This document shows positions 8,511-17,816 of a stretch of 64,000 bases of DNA, piece by piece. The DNA lies in assembly GCA_016180065.1 (NCBI GenBank), contig JACPBY010000002.1:2214-66213 (forward strand). The letters are read 5' to 3'. This DNA comes from Candidatus Woesearchaeota archaeon. Its GTDB lineage: Archaea > Nanobdellota > Nanobdellia > Woesearchaeales > UBA10216. The notes beneath the pieces were generated by a model. That model did not search any database and was not told where the DNA came from. It saw only the letters and a program-made list of their open reading frames with translations. The position numbers were made by a program, and so were the translations under genes. Within the stretch, counting starts at the first letter, position 1, and each line of letters begins with the position of its first letter.

Positions 8511-9095
8511 TCACTCTCCCTTCACAAGCCTGAGCCCTATGCCCGTGCCCATCTTGAGGCCGTAGCCAAGCGTTATGTTAATCATGCCCATCGGCTCCAG
8601 ATACCTTGCTGACTTGAGCGTCCCTGCATCTACCGCCTCAAAGCCGATGTCCTCTGCGAGCTTCTGCACTGCCTTTTTGCTGCCATCATCATCACAGGCA
8701 ACAAATGCTGCGAGGCGCTCGCCACCCAGCCGCCCTGTTTTCATGTTCTGGGCAAAAACAGTGTTGAAAGCCTTGACAATATGGGATTTTGGCAGCAGCT
8801 TCTGCAGCTCCTCAGCTCCTGATGTAGTAAAGCCGAGGGCAAGCTCAAACGAGGAAGTGAGTATGTTGCTCACATCCACAACAGCCTTGCCATCCACAGC
8901 AGTTCCCAATGCATTTGCCACGTCCTTGTGCACTGTCCACGGCACTGCAAGAATGATAACTTCAGCCCATTCAGCAGCCTCTTTCACAGGCTCCTTCGGC
9001 TCTTTTGTGCCAAACCTTATCTCGTGGCCAGCCTTAGACAGCCCACCTGCCAGCGCCTGCCCAACATTGCCCTTTCCTATGATTGCGATTTTCAT
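8511..9095 (-). CDS. NADP-dependent oxidoreductase of the F420-oxidoreductase / NpdG-like family
   Basis: Rossmann motif MKIAIIGKGNVGQALAGGL, then ...AVPW...KAFN... typical of the family. GGAGGTG lies 6 nt upstream of this ATG, so the longer 9113 start is unlikely. Confidence 0.75.
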   Translation of the reverse strand: MKIAIIGKGNVGQALAGGLSKAGHEIRFGTKEPKEPVKEAAEWAEVIILAVPWTVHKDVANALGTAVDGKAVVDVSNILTSSFELALGFTTSGAEELQKLLPKSHIVKAFNTVFAQNMKTGRLGGERLAAFVACDDDGSKKAVQKLAEDIGFEAVDAGTLKSARYLEPMGMINITLGYGLKMGTGIGLRLVKGE

Positions 9096-9096
9096 G

Positions 9097-11319
9097 TTAA
9101 ACACCTCCTGCATTGCAAAAATCAGACTTTATTCCATGGCTGCTAAAAGCGTTGCAAAGCTCCATGATGTGTGGGGTGCCGTCCGACAAGGTTCCGTCAT
9201 CGTCATCAACAGCCAGCAAATCGTCCAGAAACTCGCTGAAAAGCCTCGGCTGAAGCTTAATTGCGCGGATAACCAAGCTATCGGTGAAATCTTTTCCCAG
9301 CTTAGCCCTCAGGTCCCACATTGCGCCTGAAAACGGCAGGCTGTCAATATGCGGCTCCCCTACAATGTCGTCAGGGTACATTTTCGTATTGCTGATGATT
9401 CTAATGGGATTCTCAAAAACGCCTTCACCAATTGATGGATCGTTGGTGATGGAGGCTGCAAAATAATCAGCCCAGCCTTCGTGCATGGCAGGTATCTCGC
9501 CTGTGTCCTGAGGCACGGTTAAATACGCTCTCATCACGACATTGTGCGTGTACTCATGGTAGATTATGTCTGCGCCCAATGCCGTGCTCTCACACATCCC
9601 TCCTGGCCCCTCCCCTGGCCCGAAAAAGTTTACGGACAGCCCTGTTGCGAAAGCATTGCAAGAAAAGCCAAGCTCAGAGAAAACCTCCATGTTTGCTTTC
9701 ATCGGGATGTCCAGCGCAGGAAAATCAAAAGGCGAACCTTTGGTAAAATAATCGTGGGCTATATTCACCTGGTAGAAGGCATTGGACTCCTCATTTTTGT
9801 ATGAAGTGTCAAATTCTGCCCAGTCCCAGTCATGGCTTTTGGCTTCTGGCAGCGGCAGGGTTGCCAGATGCAGCGCACCTTCGCGGCTAAACAGGCTGTT
9901 TATGTTGGCAAAAGGCACGCGGCTGTTTACGCTTACAAACGGCCCTGAAAGGGAAGAAAACAGTGTAAGGCTTCCTGCCAGTTCTTCAATCCTATAATCA
10001 CCTTTTACAGTTACGCCTGAGCTTGAGCCTGATTTGTCAATTTCTGTTTTAAACCCTTGTGAGGCCACTGAAATAGTAACCCATTTGGAAATCCCGCTTT
10101 CCGCATCATCAGAAAAAACAATGCCCTGGCCTGTTTCAACTGCAACATTATCCACGAAAAACCCGGGATTTATGCTGTCCACAGGCGCTACAGCAACAAA
10201 CGCAACAGACACATTCCTGCCAAGGTAGCTGGAAAGGTCAAAGCTTTGCCTTCCCCACGATGCGTTAAGCCCATCATAAACCGCCATGACCTCAATATTA
10301 AGCGCGTCTTCACCGGTTATGTTGAGGATGGAGTTGGAGCTGGGGATTGCAAGTAAGAGTGCTGCCTCATCCGGCCCCAGGTCGTGCTTCGCATCAAATG
10401 ACAGGGAGGCTGACGAAGCCTGTGACAGGTCTATTACAGGCGTTTCCATCAGGCTGATTCCGCTTTCAGAATGGAAAGCTCGGTTAAGCTTATCTGTTGT
10501 AAAAATGGTTTCGTGTGGAAACTCCACGGTTGACTGGGGCTCTTCAGGGTTTGTAAGAAAGATGCTCCCGCTAACCCTGCCCTGCACCCTGTCGGCATAC
10601 CTTATCCTGTTGAACGAATGCAACACCTCTCCTGAATTGGCGTCCACAAAAACAGTCCACATTGCCAACGGCTCTGCGGTCATTGGCAGGTCAACCATGT
10701 AGGCCAGGCGGGAGGTTATGCCTGCATCGGTTTCTTTTGGAAAGATGACTAGTTCAGCCGGAAACTTCAGGAGACCGGCCGGAAACCTGTCCATGAGCCT
10801 AACATTGAACTTTTCTTCAGCTGTTTTTACAGCATCTTCCTCATTCAAAGAAGGCGAATTCGGAACTTTTATGTCCCAGTAATAGTTCTCCTCGATAGCG
10901 GTTACCATGTTGCCTGAGATAAACACATTAACATAGCCGCCGTAAACAGGAAGATTTCCGTGCTTTTGCCTGTATGACAAAACATAGGTATCGCTGCCAT
11001 TTGGATACAAGGGCTCGTCCTCATCCATTTTTTCCAGCTTCAAATTATCAACATCCACTCCCAGGACGTCCTTGTTTTCCTTCAGAAAGCCTCTCGCCTT
11101 TTCGTCAGCGTTGGACTCTTCAACCTCTCCGAGATAGATGCCGCCTCCGGAAATGTGGGAAGGAAGACCTGTCTTATCGCTCAATTCGAGCTTCCAGCCC
11201 CCGCCGTATTTGCTTTCCCACTGCTGCAAAGGGCTTTTTTCAGCTAAGCTGGCTGCTGCAACAACCACTAAGATGGCTGCGATGGCTGCGAATGATGCCT
11301 TGAAGTTCATTTTTTTCAC
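9097..11319 (-). CDS. Secreted zinc metalloprotease, M36 (fungalysin)-like with an FTP/PepSY-type propeptide
   Basis: Signal peptide. The propeptide-like ARGFLKENKDVLGVDVDNLKL, the zinc site IIYHEYTHNVV and the downstream HEGWADYFA resemble the M36 HEYTH...EGWSD pattern. Confidence 0.7.
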   Translation of the reverse strand: MKKMNFKASFAAIAAILVVVAAASLAEKSPLQQWESKYGGGWKLELSDKTGLPSHISGGGIYLGEVEESNADEKARGFLKENKDVLGVDVDNLKLEKMDEDEPLYPNGSDTYVLSYRQKHGNLPVYGGYVNVFISGNMVTAIEENYYWDIKVPNSPSLNEEDAVKTAEEKFNVRLMDRFPAGLLKFPAELVIFPKETDAGITSRLAYMVDLPMTAEPLAMWTVFVDANSGEVLHSFNRIRYADRVQGRVSGSIFLTNPEEPQSTVEFPHETIFTTDKLNRAFHSESGISLMETPVIDLSQASSASLSFDAKHDLGPDEAALLLAIPSSNSILNITGEDALNIEVMAVYDGLNASWGRQSFDLSSYLGRNVSVAFVAVAPVDSINPGFFVDNVAVETGQGIVFSDDAESGISKWVTISVASQGFKTEIDKSGSSSGVTVKGDYRIEELAGSLTLFSSLSGPFVSVNSRVPFANINSLFSREGALHLATLPLPEAKSHDWDWAEFDTSYKNEESNAFYQVNIAHDYFTKGSPFDFPALDIPMKANMEVFSELGFSCNAFATGLSVNFFGPGEGPGGMCESTALGADIIYHEYTHNVVMRAYLTVPQDTGEIPAMHEGWADYFAASITNDPSIGEGVFENPIRIISNTKMYPDDIVGEPHIDSLPFSGAMWDLRAKLGKDFTDSLVIRAIKLQPRLFSEFLDDLLAVDDDDGTLSDGTPHIMELCNAFSSHGIKSDFCNAGGV

Positions 11320-11321
11320 GT

Positions 11322-11648
11322 TCAGTCTTTCCTTCCTGCGGATTTCCTGTAAGCCATGGCAACCACTATCAGGGCAATGCCTGTGAGGATATGAACCGTG
11401 CCGGGCTTCAGGCCTGGGAAAAAGGAGCTGATGAACGCGCCGAGCCCGTAAAGCAGCGTGATGGTTGCTGCTGTCATCATGACCAAAAAGATAGCGTATT
11501 GCTTCAGTATTTTCCTGAAGATAACTAATTCTCCGAGCCTTCTGAGCATCCTTTCCGCATTGCTTGCCAGCTCGGAAAAGATGGAAGATAAAAAATCCCG
11601 GACATACCCGCCCAGGGCGCTTCCAGGCTCGGATTTTTGTTCAGGCAT
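11322..11648 (-). CDS. YqjE / DUF1469-like two-TM membrane protein
   Basis: 108 aa with an amphipathic N-terminus followed by two TM helices. Its architecture, and its adjacency to a DUF883-like gene, mirror the bacterial yqjD-yqjE pair. Confidence 0.45.
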   Translation of the reverse strand: MPEQKSEPGSALGGYVRDFLSSIFSELASNAERMLRRLGELVIFRKILKQYAIFLVMMTAATITLLYGLGAFISSFFPGLKPGTVHILTGIALIVVAMAYRKSAGRKD

Positions 11649-11650
11649 TG

Positions 11651-11866
11651 CTAAGACCTCTGCTGTTCTTCCCCGCTTTTGCCCTTCCTGTGCCTCAGGA
11701 TTGCAGCTGTTGCTGCAGCGCCAATGGCTGCGCCCACTCCCGCAGCTATCATTGCAGCCTTGGCAGGGTTTTTCTTCATGTACCTGCCCACGCTTGCCTG
11801 CGCTTCGCGGAATTTGGCTTTCACATGCGCCACAAAGTTCTCATCCGAATCTTTTCCCATTGCCAT
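11651..11866 (-). CDS. DUF883 (YqjD/ElaB)-like tail-anchored protein
   Basis: The C-terminus YMKKNPAKAAMIAAGVGAAIGAAATAAILRHRKG matches the DUF883 signature NPxxxxxxAxGxGxxxGxLLxRR. Confidence 0.55.
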   Translation of the reverse strand: MAMGKDSDENFVAHVKAKFREAQASVGRYMKKNPAKAAMIAAGVGAAIGAAATAAILRHRKGKSGEEQQRS

Positions 11867-11902
11867 AATTCATCACCTCACTACCAAAATCCATTTTGAA
11901 TT

Positions 11903-12367
11903 TCAGTTCACCACCACTGTCCCGAAAAAAGCAGGGTTGGTGCAGCAGTTGAGGTGGTCGTGGTATTTCCACTCGCCTTTCTGGTTAAAGATAAATGACC
12001 AGCTCTCACCCTCTACCAAGCCCTTGCAGGAGTCAAAGTTGCCATTTGCAGCCCCGGCTGTCCCGCACTTATCAGCGCCTGAACCGGGATAAAGAAGGTG
12101 TGTCGGGTGCTGCGCTGAAGCAGGCCTGTGCAGGGCGGCATCCCTGTTCACAAACACAACAGTATCACCTGCATTCACAGTCAGGGATGAAGGATTAAAG
12201 CCCGTTGAAGCAATCTCCACCATCTTCACATCTCCCGTTGAAGGAGCTGTTGCTGCCGGCGGCGGCTGTGCGGGCTGCCGGTATGCTGACGTGCAGCCTG
12301 CCACGAAAACAAGCAGGACAACAAATGCTGCCATCAGCGCCAGCGATAACGATATTTTAATTTTCAT
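11903..12367 (-). CDS. Cupredoxin-like lipoprotein (154 aa)
   Basis: Lipobox FVAGC. GFNPSSLTVNAGDTVVFVNRDAALHRPASAQHPTH...WKYHDHLNCC. It is a paralog of the N-terminal half of the 13228-14169 protein. Confidence 0.65.
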   Translation of the reverse strand: MKIKISLSLALMAAFVVLLVFVAGCTSAYRQPAQPPPAATAPSTGDVKMVEIASTGFNPSSLTVNAGDTVVFVNRDAALHRPASAQHPTHLLYPGSGADKCGTAGAANGNFDSCKGLVEGESWSFIFNQKGEWKYHDHLNCCTNPAFFGTVVVN

Positions 12368-12390
12368 GGTTAGTCACCTCTGGTTAAGAG

Positions 12391-13200
12391 TTATGGCAAG
12401 AGCGGGACATTAACCTGGCCTTGCATAAGCGCTTGAATTGTGGTAGTATGTGAAGTCCCTGCCTTGTCCTGAGGGGTTGTCAGCGTATAGGTTACAACGC
12501 CCTGCTGGGAAACGCTGTCAATTCTTGCCTGGCCCTCCCCAAAAATAACTGCACGGCCCCTAAATCCAGCAGTAGCTGCGCCCTGGTCTGGTATAACACC
12601 CAGCTCAGGAACGTAGGGAGCTCCTGCAGGCGCCTTTGCCAGAAACCCGCCGTTATTTAAAGCGGCAACCACCAACATGTTCGTGCCTGGAACCTGGACA
12701 GCATTTACAGGATGGCCTGCATGTGGAACAGCCCACACCCTTGCGCCAAAATGAGGGCTTCCCGGGTCTGCATTTACGCCAACGAACGCTGCTGGGAAGT
12801 AAGCGCTGTGGTTGACACCTGCCAGCGCCATTCTTGTGCCATCGGGAAGGGTGTATGAAACTGCAAATCGGCAGTCAACAGAATCCGGAGTTGCCAATAA
12901 ATCACCGCCTGACACGACTGCTGCATAAGGAGGCAAAATGTCACCGAGATAAACTGTTAAGCCTTTGCCTTCTCCCTCCAGCGTAATAGCAGGGCCCTTG
13001 CCTGGCTGGCTTTTCTGGCATGCAATCTCCAAAGGCAAAGCACCGCCACCCTGAGCAGATGCTGCAGATGCTGATAGGTTGGCGGCAACCTGAACTTGTG
13101 CTGGTGTTGCGACAGGTGCTGATACCTGTGATGGGCTTCCGCAAGCCGCCAACAAGATTCCAACTACTGCTGCAATCGTTACTGCTGCTTTTGATTTCAT
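12391..13200 (-). CDS. Hypothetical lipoprotein (269 aa)
   Basis: Signal peptide with lipobox LLAAC. Gly/Ala/Pro-rich mature part. No family recognised. Confidence 0.6.
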   Translation of the reverse strand: MKSKAAVTIAAVVGILLAACGSPSQVSAPVATPAQVQVAANLSASAASAQGGGALPLEIACQKSQPGKGPAITLEGEGKGLTVYLGDILPPYAAVVSGGDLLATPDSVDCRFAVSYTLPDGTRMALAGVNHSAYFPAAFVGVNADPGSPHFGARVWAVPHAGHPVNAVQVPGTNMLVVAALNNGGFLAKAPAGAPYVPELGVIPDQGAATAGFRGRAVIFGEGQARIDSVSQQGVVTYTLTTPQDKAGTSHTTTIQALMQGQVNVPLLP

Positions 13201-13227
13201 TTTAGTACCTCCTGTTCATGTTATTTC

Positions 13228-14169
13228 TCAGTAGCCCCCGCCGCCATAGCTGGGCGTTGCCATAACTTCCTGAGCTTTGCTTACGTTAATGGATGCTTCA
13301 TCAGACCAGTAATGGCTGCCTCCAATTATTGTATGGGCACGGTAGTAGTAGATTCCCTCTTCCTGAATTGTTATTGGCACCTGGAACGAGCTTGGAACTT
13401 TGCAGGAAGCGCTTGTGCAGAATATACGCGAAGTGAAAGCGTAATCCGCAGGCGATTTCGGGTTGGGAACGCTTTGCCTGCCGTAATGCACAGCTGTATG
13501 GGACGTCAGAGCCTGCTCGCCCGTAATGCTCCACGAGACTGAGAATTCCCTGCCTGCTGCCGCAACCTTCGGGAGAGACTTCAACACCACAGAAACTGCA
13601 GGCATGGCTGCTTCCTCCTTAAGAGGCTGTGCTGGAGCTTGTTCTGCAGGCGGCTGTTCAGCGGGCTGTTGCTCTTCAACTACTAGTGCCTCCTCAGTTG
13701 GTGATTTTACCACGACTGCCCCAAACTTTGAACCTGGCCCGCAGCAGTTAAGGTGGTCATGGTATCTCCACTCTCCTGCTTGGTTGAACTGGAATGGCCA
13801 GCTTTCTCCCTGTGCAAGGTCTTTGCAGGAGTCAAACCTGCTGCCGATGCAGCCTCCGCTTTCAGGATAGAGCAGGTGTGTAGGGTGCTGGGCAGAAGCA
13901 GGCCTGTGGGGAACAGAGTCCATGTTCACCCACGTTACAGTATCCCCCGCATTGATTTCAATCGTAGCCGGATTGAAGCCGTCTGCGGTTATTTGAACGG
14001 TTTTTTCAGCGCCGGTTGGTGGCGGGGTGGTTTCTGCTGGCGGTGCAGTAGCTGGCGGCTCTTGAGCCTGTGAAGGCTGCTGAGCCGGTGGCTGATAGGC
14101 TGACGTGCAGCCTGCTGCAAAAATAACTGCAAGGATAACTGCTGTGATGATAAGGTAAATTGCTTTCAT
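13228..14169 (-). CDS. Cupredoxin-like lipoprotein with an extra C-terminal domain (313 aa)
   Basis: Lipobox FAAGC. GFNPATIEINAGDTVTWVNMDSVPHRPASAQHPTH...WRYHDHLNCC is shared with the 11903-12367 protein. A Pro/Glu/Ala linker and a ~130-aa extra domain follow. Confidence 0.7.
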   Translation of the reverse strand: MKAIYLIITAVILAVIFAAGCTSAYQPPAQQPSQAQEPPATAPPAETTPPPTGAEKTVQITADGFNPATIEINAGDTVTWVNMDSVPHRPASAQHPTHLLYPESGGCIGSRFDSCKDLAQGESWPFQFNQAGEWRYHDHLNCCGPGSKFGAVVVKSPTEEALVVEEQQPAEQPPAEQAPAQPLKEEAAMPAVSVVLKSLPKVAAAGREFSVSWSITGEQALTSHTAVHYGRQSVPNPKSPADYAFTSRIFCTSASCKVPSSFQVPITIQEEGIYYYRAHTIIGGSHYWSDEASINVSKAQEVMATPSYGGGGY

Positions 14170-14205
14170 TGCCCATCCCCTCCTAACTATTTTTTGTTTG
14201 CCTTG

Positions 14206-17200
14206 TCACGCTGCTCCTTTGCTCTTTCCATTCGGCAAAGCGTAGCTTCTTGGCTTCATTCTGTTGTGTACGAAATACAAACCGATGCCTGCCATTACAA
14301 TGGTAAAAGTGATTGTTATCCCATATAATCTATTGCCTTTGCCTTGCACGTTTTTGATTGCCATGCCTGTTACAGGGCTGGTGCCTGCTGCTGGCTGCGG
14401 TGCTGGAGTTGTTTCCTCAACAGGAACTGCTATCTTTGGCTGCTCTTCTGGCGCTTTTGGAGCTGCAATTTGTTTGGCTGTCGGTTTGGCTGGCTGTGCA
14501 GCTGGTGCAGCCGCTTTTAGCTCAATATTTCCTTTTATGGCTTTGCCACCCCCGCCTGTAGCTGCTGTGGCTGTATTGCCACCGCCTCCGCCCTCTCCTC
14601 CGTTTTGAGAGGGGGCTGGTGCTGCGCTGCCGAATGCTCCCCATGTTGAGAAATGGTTTGTCCTTGCCCACACAACGTTGTTTGCCGTGTCAACGCCGCC
14701 ATCAGGAACAGTGCCGTCATTGCCATCATATTTTGTCCATTGGCTCAAGGTTTCATCGAAGAAATAAAGCCTTAAAGTGCTTTCATCAATGCCTGCTGCC
14801 GCAACTTCAGCATCTGTGTAACTTAGCTTAATTAGTGCTGAATTAATGTTTCCTGCCAGAAGAGGTGCAGTGATTTCTACGTATTTGCCCAGCTCAGGCA
14901 CTCCAACATCGCTTGTGCCTTGCGCTGAGGCAAGCTTTCTTACCGATATGGATGCAGAGGCGTCTGACGCAGTATCAATGTCAAGGGTTACATCTTCCCA
15001 AAGCATTTGGTTATTCTCTCCTTTTTTGAACTGGCGATTGTTTTCAGTCTTTCCTTCATGGTCTATCTTTATCTTTTTAGTTACTGCGGGCTGCATATTG
15101 CCTGCATTGTCCTTTGACGCATATTTCAGGAGATGGGTTCCTTCAGCAGCTATAGTTATTGGTCCCGAGTAAAGCGTTCCGTCATTGGCAGGATTGCAAT
15201 TCTCTCCCATGCAGTATTTAGTCCATTCGCAGCCCGATGGGCCGCAATTGGGCGTTATTGATATTACCTGCCCATTATTTTGCCATACTTCATCCTCAAA
15301 TTTATAATCGTCAGCTGTTTCAGGAGCACTTTTGTCTACTTCTATGGTCCTTGTCATGACAGGCCCTATATTTCCTGCATTGTCAGCAGAAGTGTAACTG
15401 AGGTAGTTAACGCCTTCAGCTGAGATGAGTATTGGACTGGCATAGGTTATGCCGTTTGCTGCGGGGTCGCAACTTTGCCCAATGCAATATTTTGTCCATG
15501 CACATCCTAACGGTTCACAGGTTGCACTAAGTGTAATCAGGTAATCTCTGTTTTCATATAATTCGTCAATATCCCCGCTGTCGTCTGTTGTTACAATCAA
15601 GGGCGCAACAGTAACATCTGCTGTTCCAATTACGTCTTCAATTGTGGCTATTATGCTTGCGCTTCCGAGCTCAAATGCGGTAAACAACCCATTCTCTTCA
15701 ATATCACCCACAGTATTATCATTGTTTTTCATAGACCACGCAACAGGCAAAGCAGGAGTAACAGGATCGCCATTTAGGCGCCGGGCTTCTGCTGTAAACT
15801 GCACAAACTTCACCTGGTCGTCCAGGATTATAATCGCGGAATCGGGCTTAACATGAACTTTGAAATTGACGCTCAAGCCAAGCTGGGTGAGTTCGCCACT
15901 CTGCCACACTGCAGTCTGGTCGGCTTCTATGCCGTTCACCAAAAAAGCCAGATTATCGGTTGGCCCATCAACATTGCCTTGCACGACAAGTTTTGGCTCG
16001 GCCTGTCCCGGAGCGCCGTAAACGCCTTCATTAGTGACAACCATGGGATTTCCTCTCCAGCCAACAGGGACGCCTTTGCCTATTGCCTTTATTTCTGTCC
16101 CGACAGGAGCCGGAACGCCGTTAATAGTGACCTCTCCGAAAAATGATTGCGGCAATGGCAGGGTAACGCCGGGCGGGGGGGCATAACTATCCTGAGCAAG
16201 AACTCTTATCGTTCCGCTGTGAGGAGCGTCTGTTCCGAAAGAAATTTTTCCAGGTGTTGACATGGATTCTGCCCATGTTTCCACGCTCCATGTGTAATCT
16301 GTATCTGCCTCTGGATCTGGGGAGACCATGGTGCCAATGCGGAATGCCCACTTATTCCCAGGCCAAAGAAGGGCTGTGGCTCCAGTCTCCCATGTTATTT
16401 GGCGCAAAAGCGGATCATAGCTCGAAGTCCAGGAATCATCCGGATCTGATCCTCGGAAAGGTATGACAGATAATGAGTCCGGGTCTATTGCAAACCCAGG
16501 GCTATGCGTAAGCACAACCTTGTATATTCCATCGAATTTTCCTTCATCGTATAAAGGAAGATTGGTTATGTATGCTTCGACTGAGAATTCCTGAGCGCCT
16601 TGAACTTCAGTGGGTGAGAAGGAAACAGCCGCCTTGTGCCCGGAAGGGGAGCCTGGCACTACCGTGATTGTTCCTGAAACCGCAGTTGCGGGAACATTGT
16701 TGTTGTCCGAATTTAATAAGCTGGTTACGTCCAAATTGAGCTCTGATGTTCCGGAATCAGACACCGGGGCAAAGGTTATCTCTGCCAGGGAAATGTCGAT
16801 GATGGCGCCGTTGGGGTTTGTCCATGGCTCAACAGCGTCTTGGATTTCAACCCATCCCAGTTCATTCTGGATATTGGCTTGGGGATTCCTAAAAATCGAG
16901 TTCATTCCGCCAGCCACGCTGTCCACAGTCACTTTAGTGTTGTCAAAAAAAATCTTCAGCTTATATGACTGCAAGCCGGAAACCCCAAAAAAATTGTCAA
17001 CAGTTATCCATGTTCTCGCTTTGCGGCCCTCATTTATGCTCGTTGAGCTGATTCCCAAAACAGTAACAGGGTTTACTATAATGGTGAGTGGAACTGACGC
17101 ACTTGCAATTCCGTCAGAAACCTGAATATCAAACAGGTATTTTCCGATAATGGTTGGCGTCCATGTAAATATGCCCGTAGCAGTATCAATTTGCGCTGGG

Positions 17201-17736
17201 TTGTTGGTTGAGTAATAAATCGTCTTGGGGGTGAAGGAATATGTCAAAGTGTCTCCGTCGGGGTCGCTGGCTGCAACGTCAATTAGAATCTCATCGCCTG
17301 CTCCGACTGCATGGCCTGGAATAGGAGAAATAACAGGCAAATGGTTGCCTGTGTTGAGGTCAAGCCGTGTAGTTGTCCCGCTGTGAAAAGCAGCGGTTTT
17401 GTCGGCGGCAACACCGTTAACAAAAAAACTCAGTGCACTGCCGCCCTGGATATTTCCCTGCACAACCAGTTTGGGATCTAAGGGTGCCTGGCCGCCGTAA
17501 AGGACTTCCTGCGTTGTGGTAATCGGGTTTCCATTTATTCCAGTTAACACCCCTTCTCCTCTTGCTTCCACAACAGTTCCAGCGGGGGCGGGCATTCCGT
17601 TAATCGTAAGGGCACCGTAAAAGGCTTGCGGCAGATCAGGGATGGTTTCAGCAGAAACTGGCGCCATTAATAACAACATCATGGCTAACAGCAGCACATT
17701 TAGCTTTCCCAATTCAAGTGACTTCATTTTTTTCAT
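14206..17736 (-). CDS. Giant surface protein (cadherin-like, cohesin-like, Big_2, two OmpL47/chitobiase-C-type domains, pre-PGF-like domain, C-terminal TM anchor)
   Basis: Signal peptide after MKKMKS (the listed 17787 start is a GTG further upstream). A PQAFYGALTINGMPAPAGT... module appears twice. Also present: DPDGDTLTYSF (cadherin-like), a cohesin-like segment (KLKIFFDNTKVTVDSV...GTITV), twin GCxWTKYCxG...DNAGN modules, and a FSTWGAFG domain. The C-terminus is PVTG, then 14 aa, a TM segment and a basic tail. Confidence 0.8.
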   Translation of the reverse strand: MKKMKSLELGKLNVLLLAMMLLLMAPVSAETIPDLPQAFYGALTINGMPAPAGTVVEARGEGVLTGINGNPITTTQEVLYGGQAPLDPKLVVQGNIQGGSALSFFVNGVAADKTAAFHSGTTTRLDLNTGNHLPVISPIPGHAVGAGDEILIDVAASDPDGDTLTYSFTPKTIYYSTNNPAQIDTATGIFTWTPTIIGKYLFDIQVSDGIASASVPLTIIVNPVTVLGISSTSINEGRKARTWITVDNFFGVSGLQSYKLKIFFDNTKVTVDSVAGGMNSIFRNPQANIQNELGWVEIQDAVEPWTNPNGAIIDISLAEITFAPVSDSGTSELNLDVTSLLNSDNNNVPATAVSGTITVVPGSPSGHKAAVSFSPTEVQGAQEFSVEAYITNLPLYDEGKFDGIYKVVLTHSPGFAIDPDSLSVIPFRGSDPDDSWTSSYDPLLRQITWETGATALLWPGNKWAFRIGTMVSPDPEADTDYTWSVETWAESMSTPGKISFGTDAPHSGTIRVLAQDSYAPPPGVTLPLPQSFFGEVTINGVPAPVGTEIKAIGKGVPVGWRGNPMVVTNEGVYGAPGQAEPKLVVQGNVDGPTDNLAFLVNGIEADQTAVWQSGELTQLGLSVNFKVHVKPDSAIIILDDQVKFVQFTAEARRLNGDPVTPALPVAWSMKNNDNTVGDIEENGLFTAFELGSASIIATIEDVIGTADVTVAPLIVTTDDSGDIDELYENRDYLITLSATCEPLGCAWTKYCIGQSCDPAANGITYASPILISAEGVNYLSYTSADNAGNIGPVMTRTIEVDKSAPETADDYKFEDEVWQNNGQVISITPNCGPSGCEWTKYCMGENCNPANDGTLYSGPITIAAEGTHLLKYASKDNAGNMQPAVTKKIKIDHEGKTENNRQFKKGENNQMLWEDVTLDIDTASDASASISVRKLASAQGTSDVGVPELGKYVEITAPLLAGNINSALIKLSYTDAEVAAAGIDESTLRLYFFDETLSQWTKYDGNDGTVPDGGVDTANNVVWARTNHFSTWGAFGSAAPAPSQNGGEGGGGGNTATAATGGGGKAIKGNIELKAAAPAAQPAKPTAKQIAAPKAPEEQPKIAVPVEETTPAPQPAAGTSPVTGMAIKNVQGKGNRLYGITITFTIVMAGIGLYFVHNRMKPRSYALPNGKSKGAA

Positions 17737-17816
17737 TTTTTTGCTTGCATTTTCCAGTTTAACCACCTCTAACACCGCATAGCTCACACTAAACGCTGTT
17801 TTAACATCAGGCGGCC

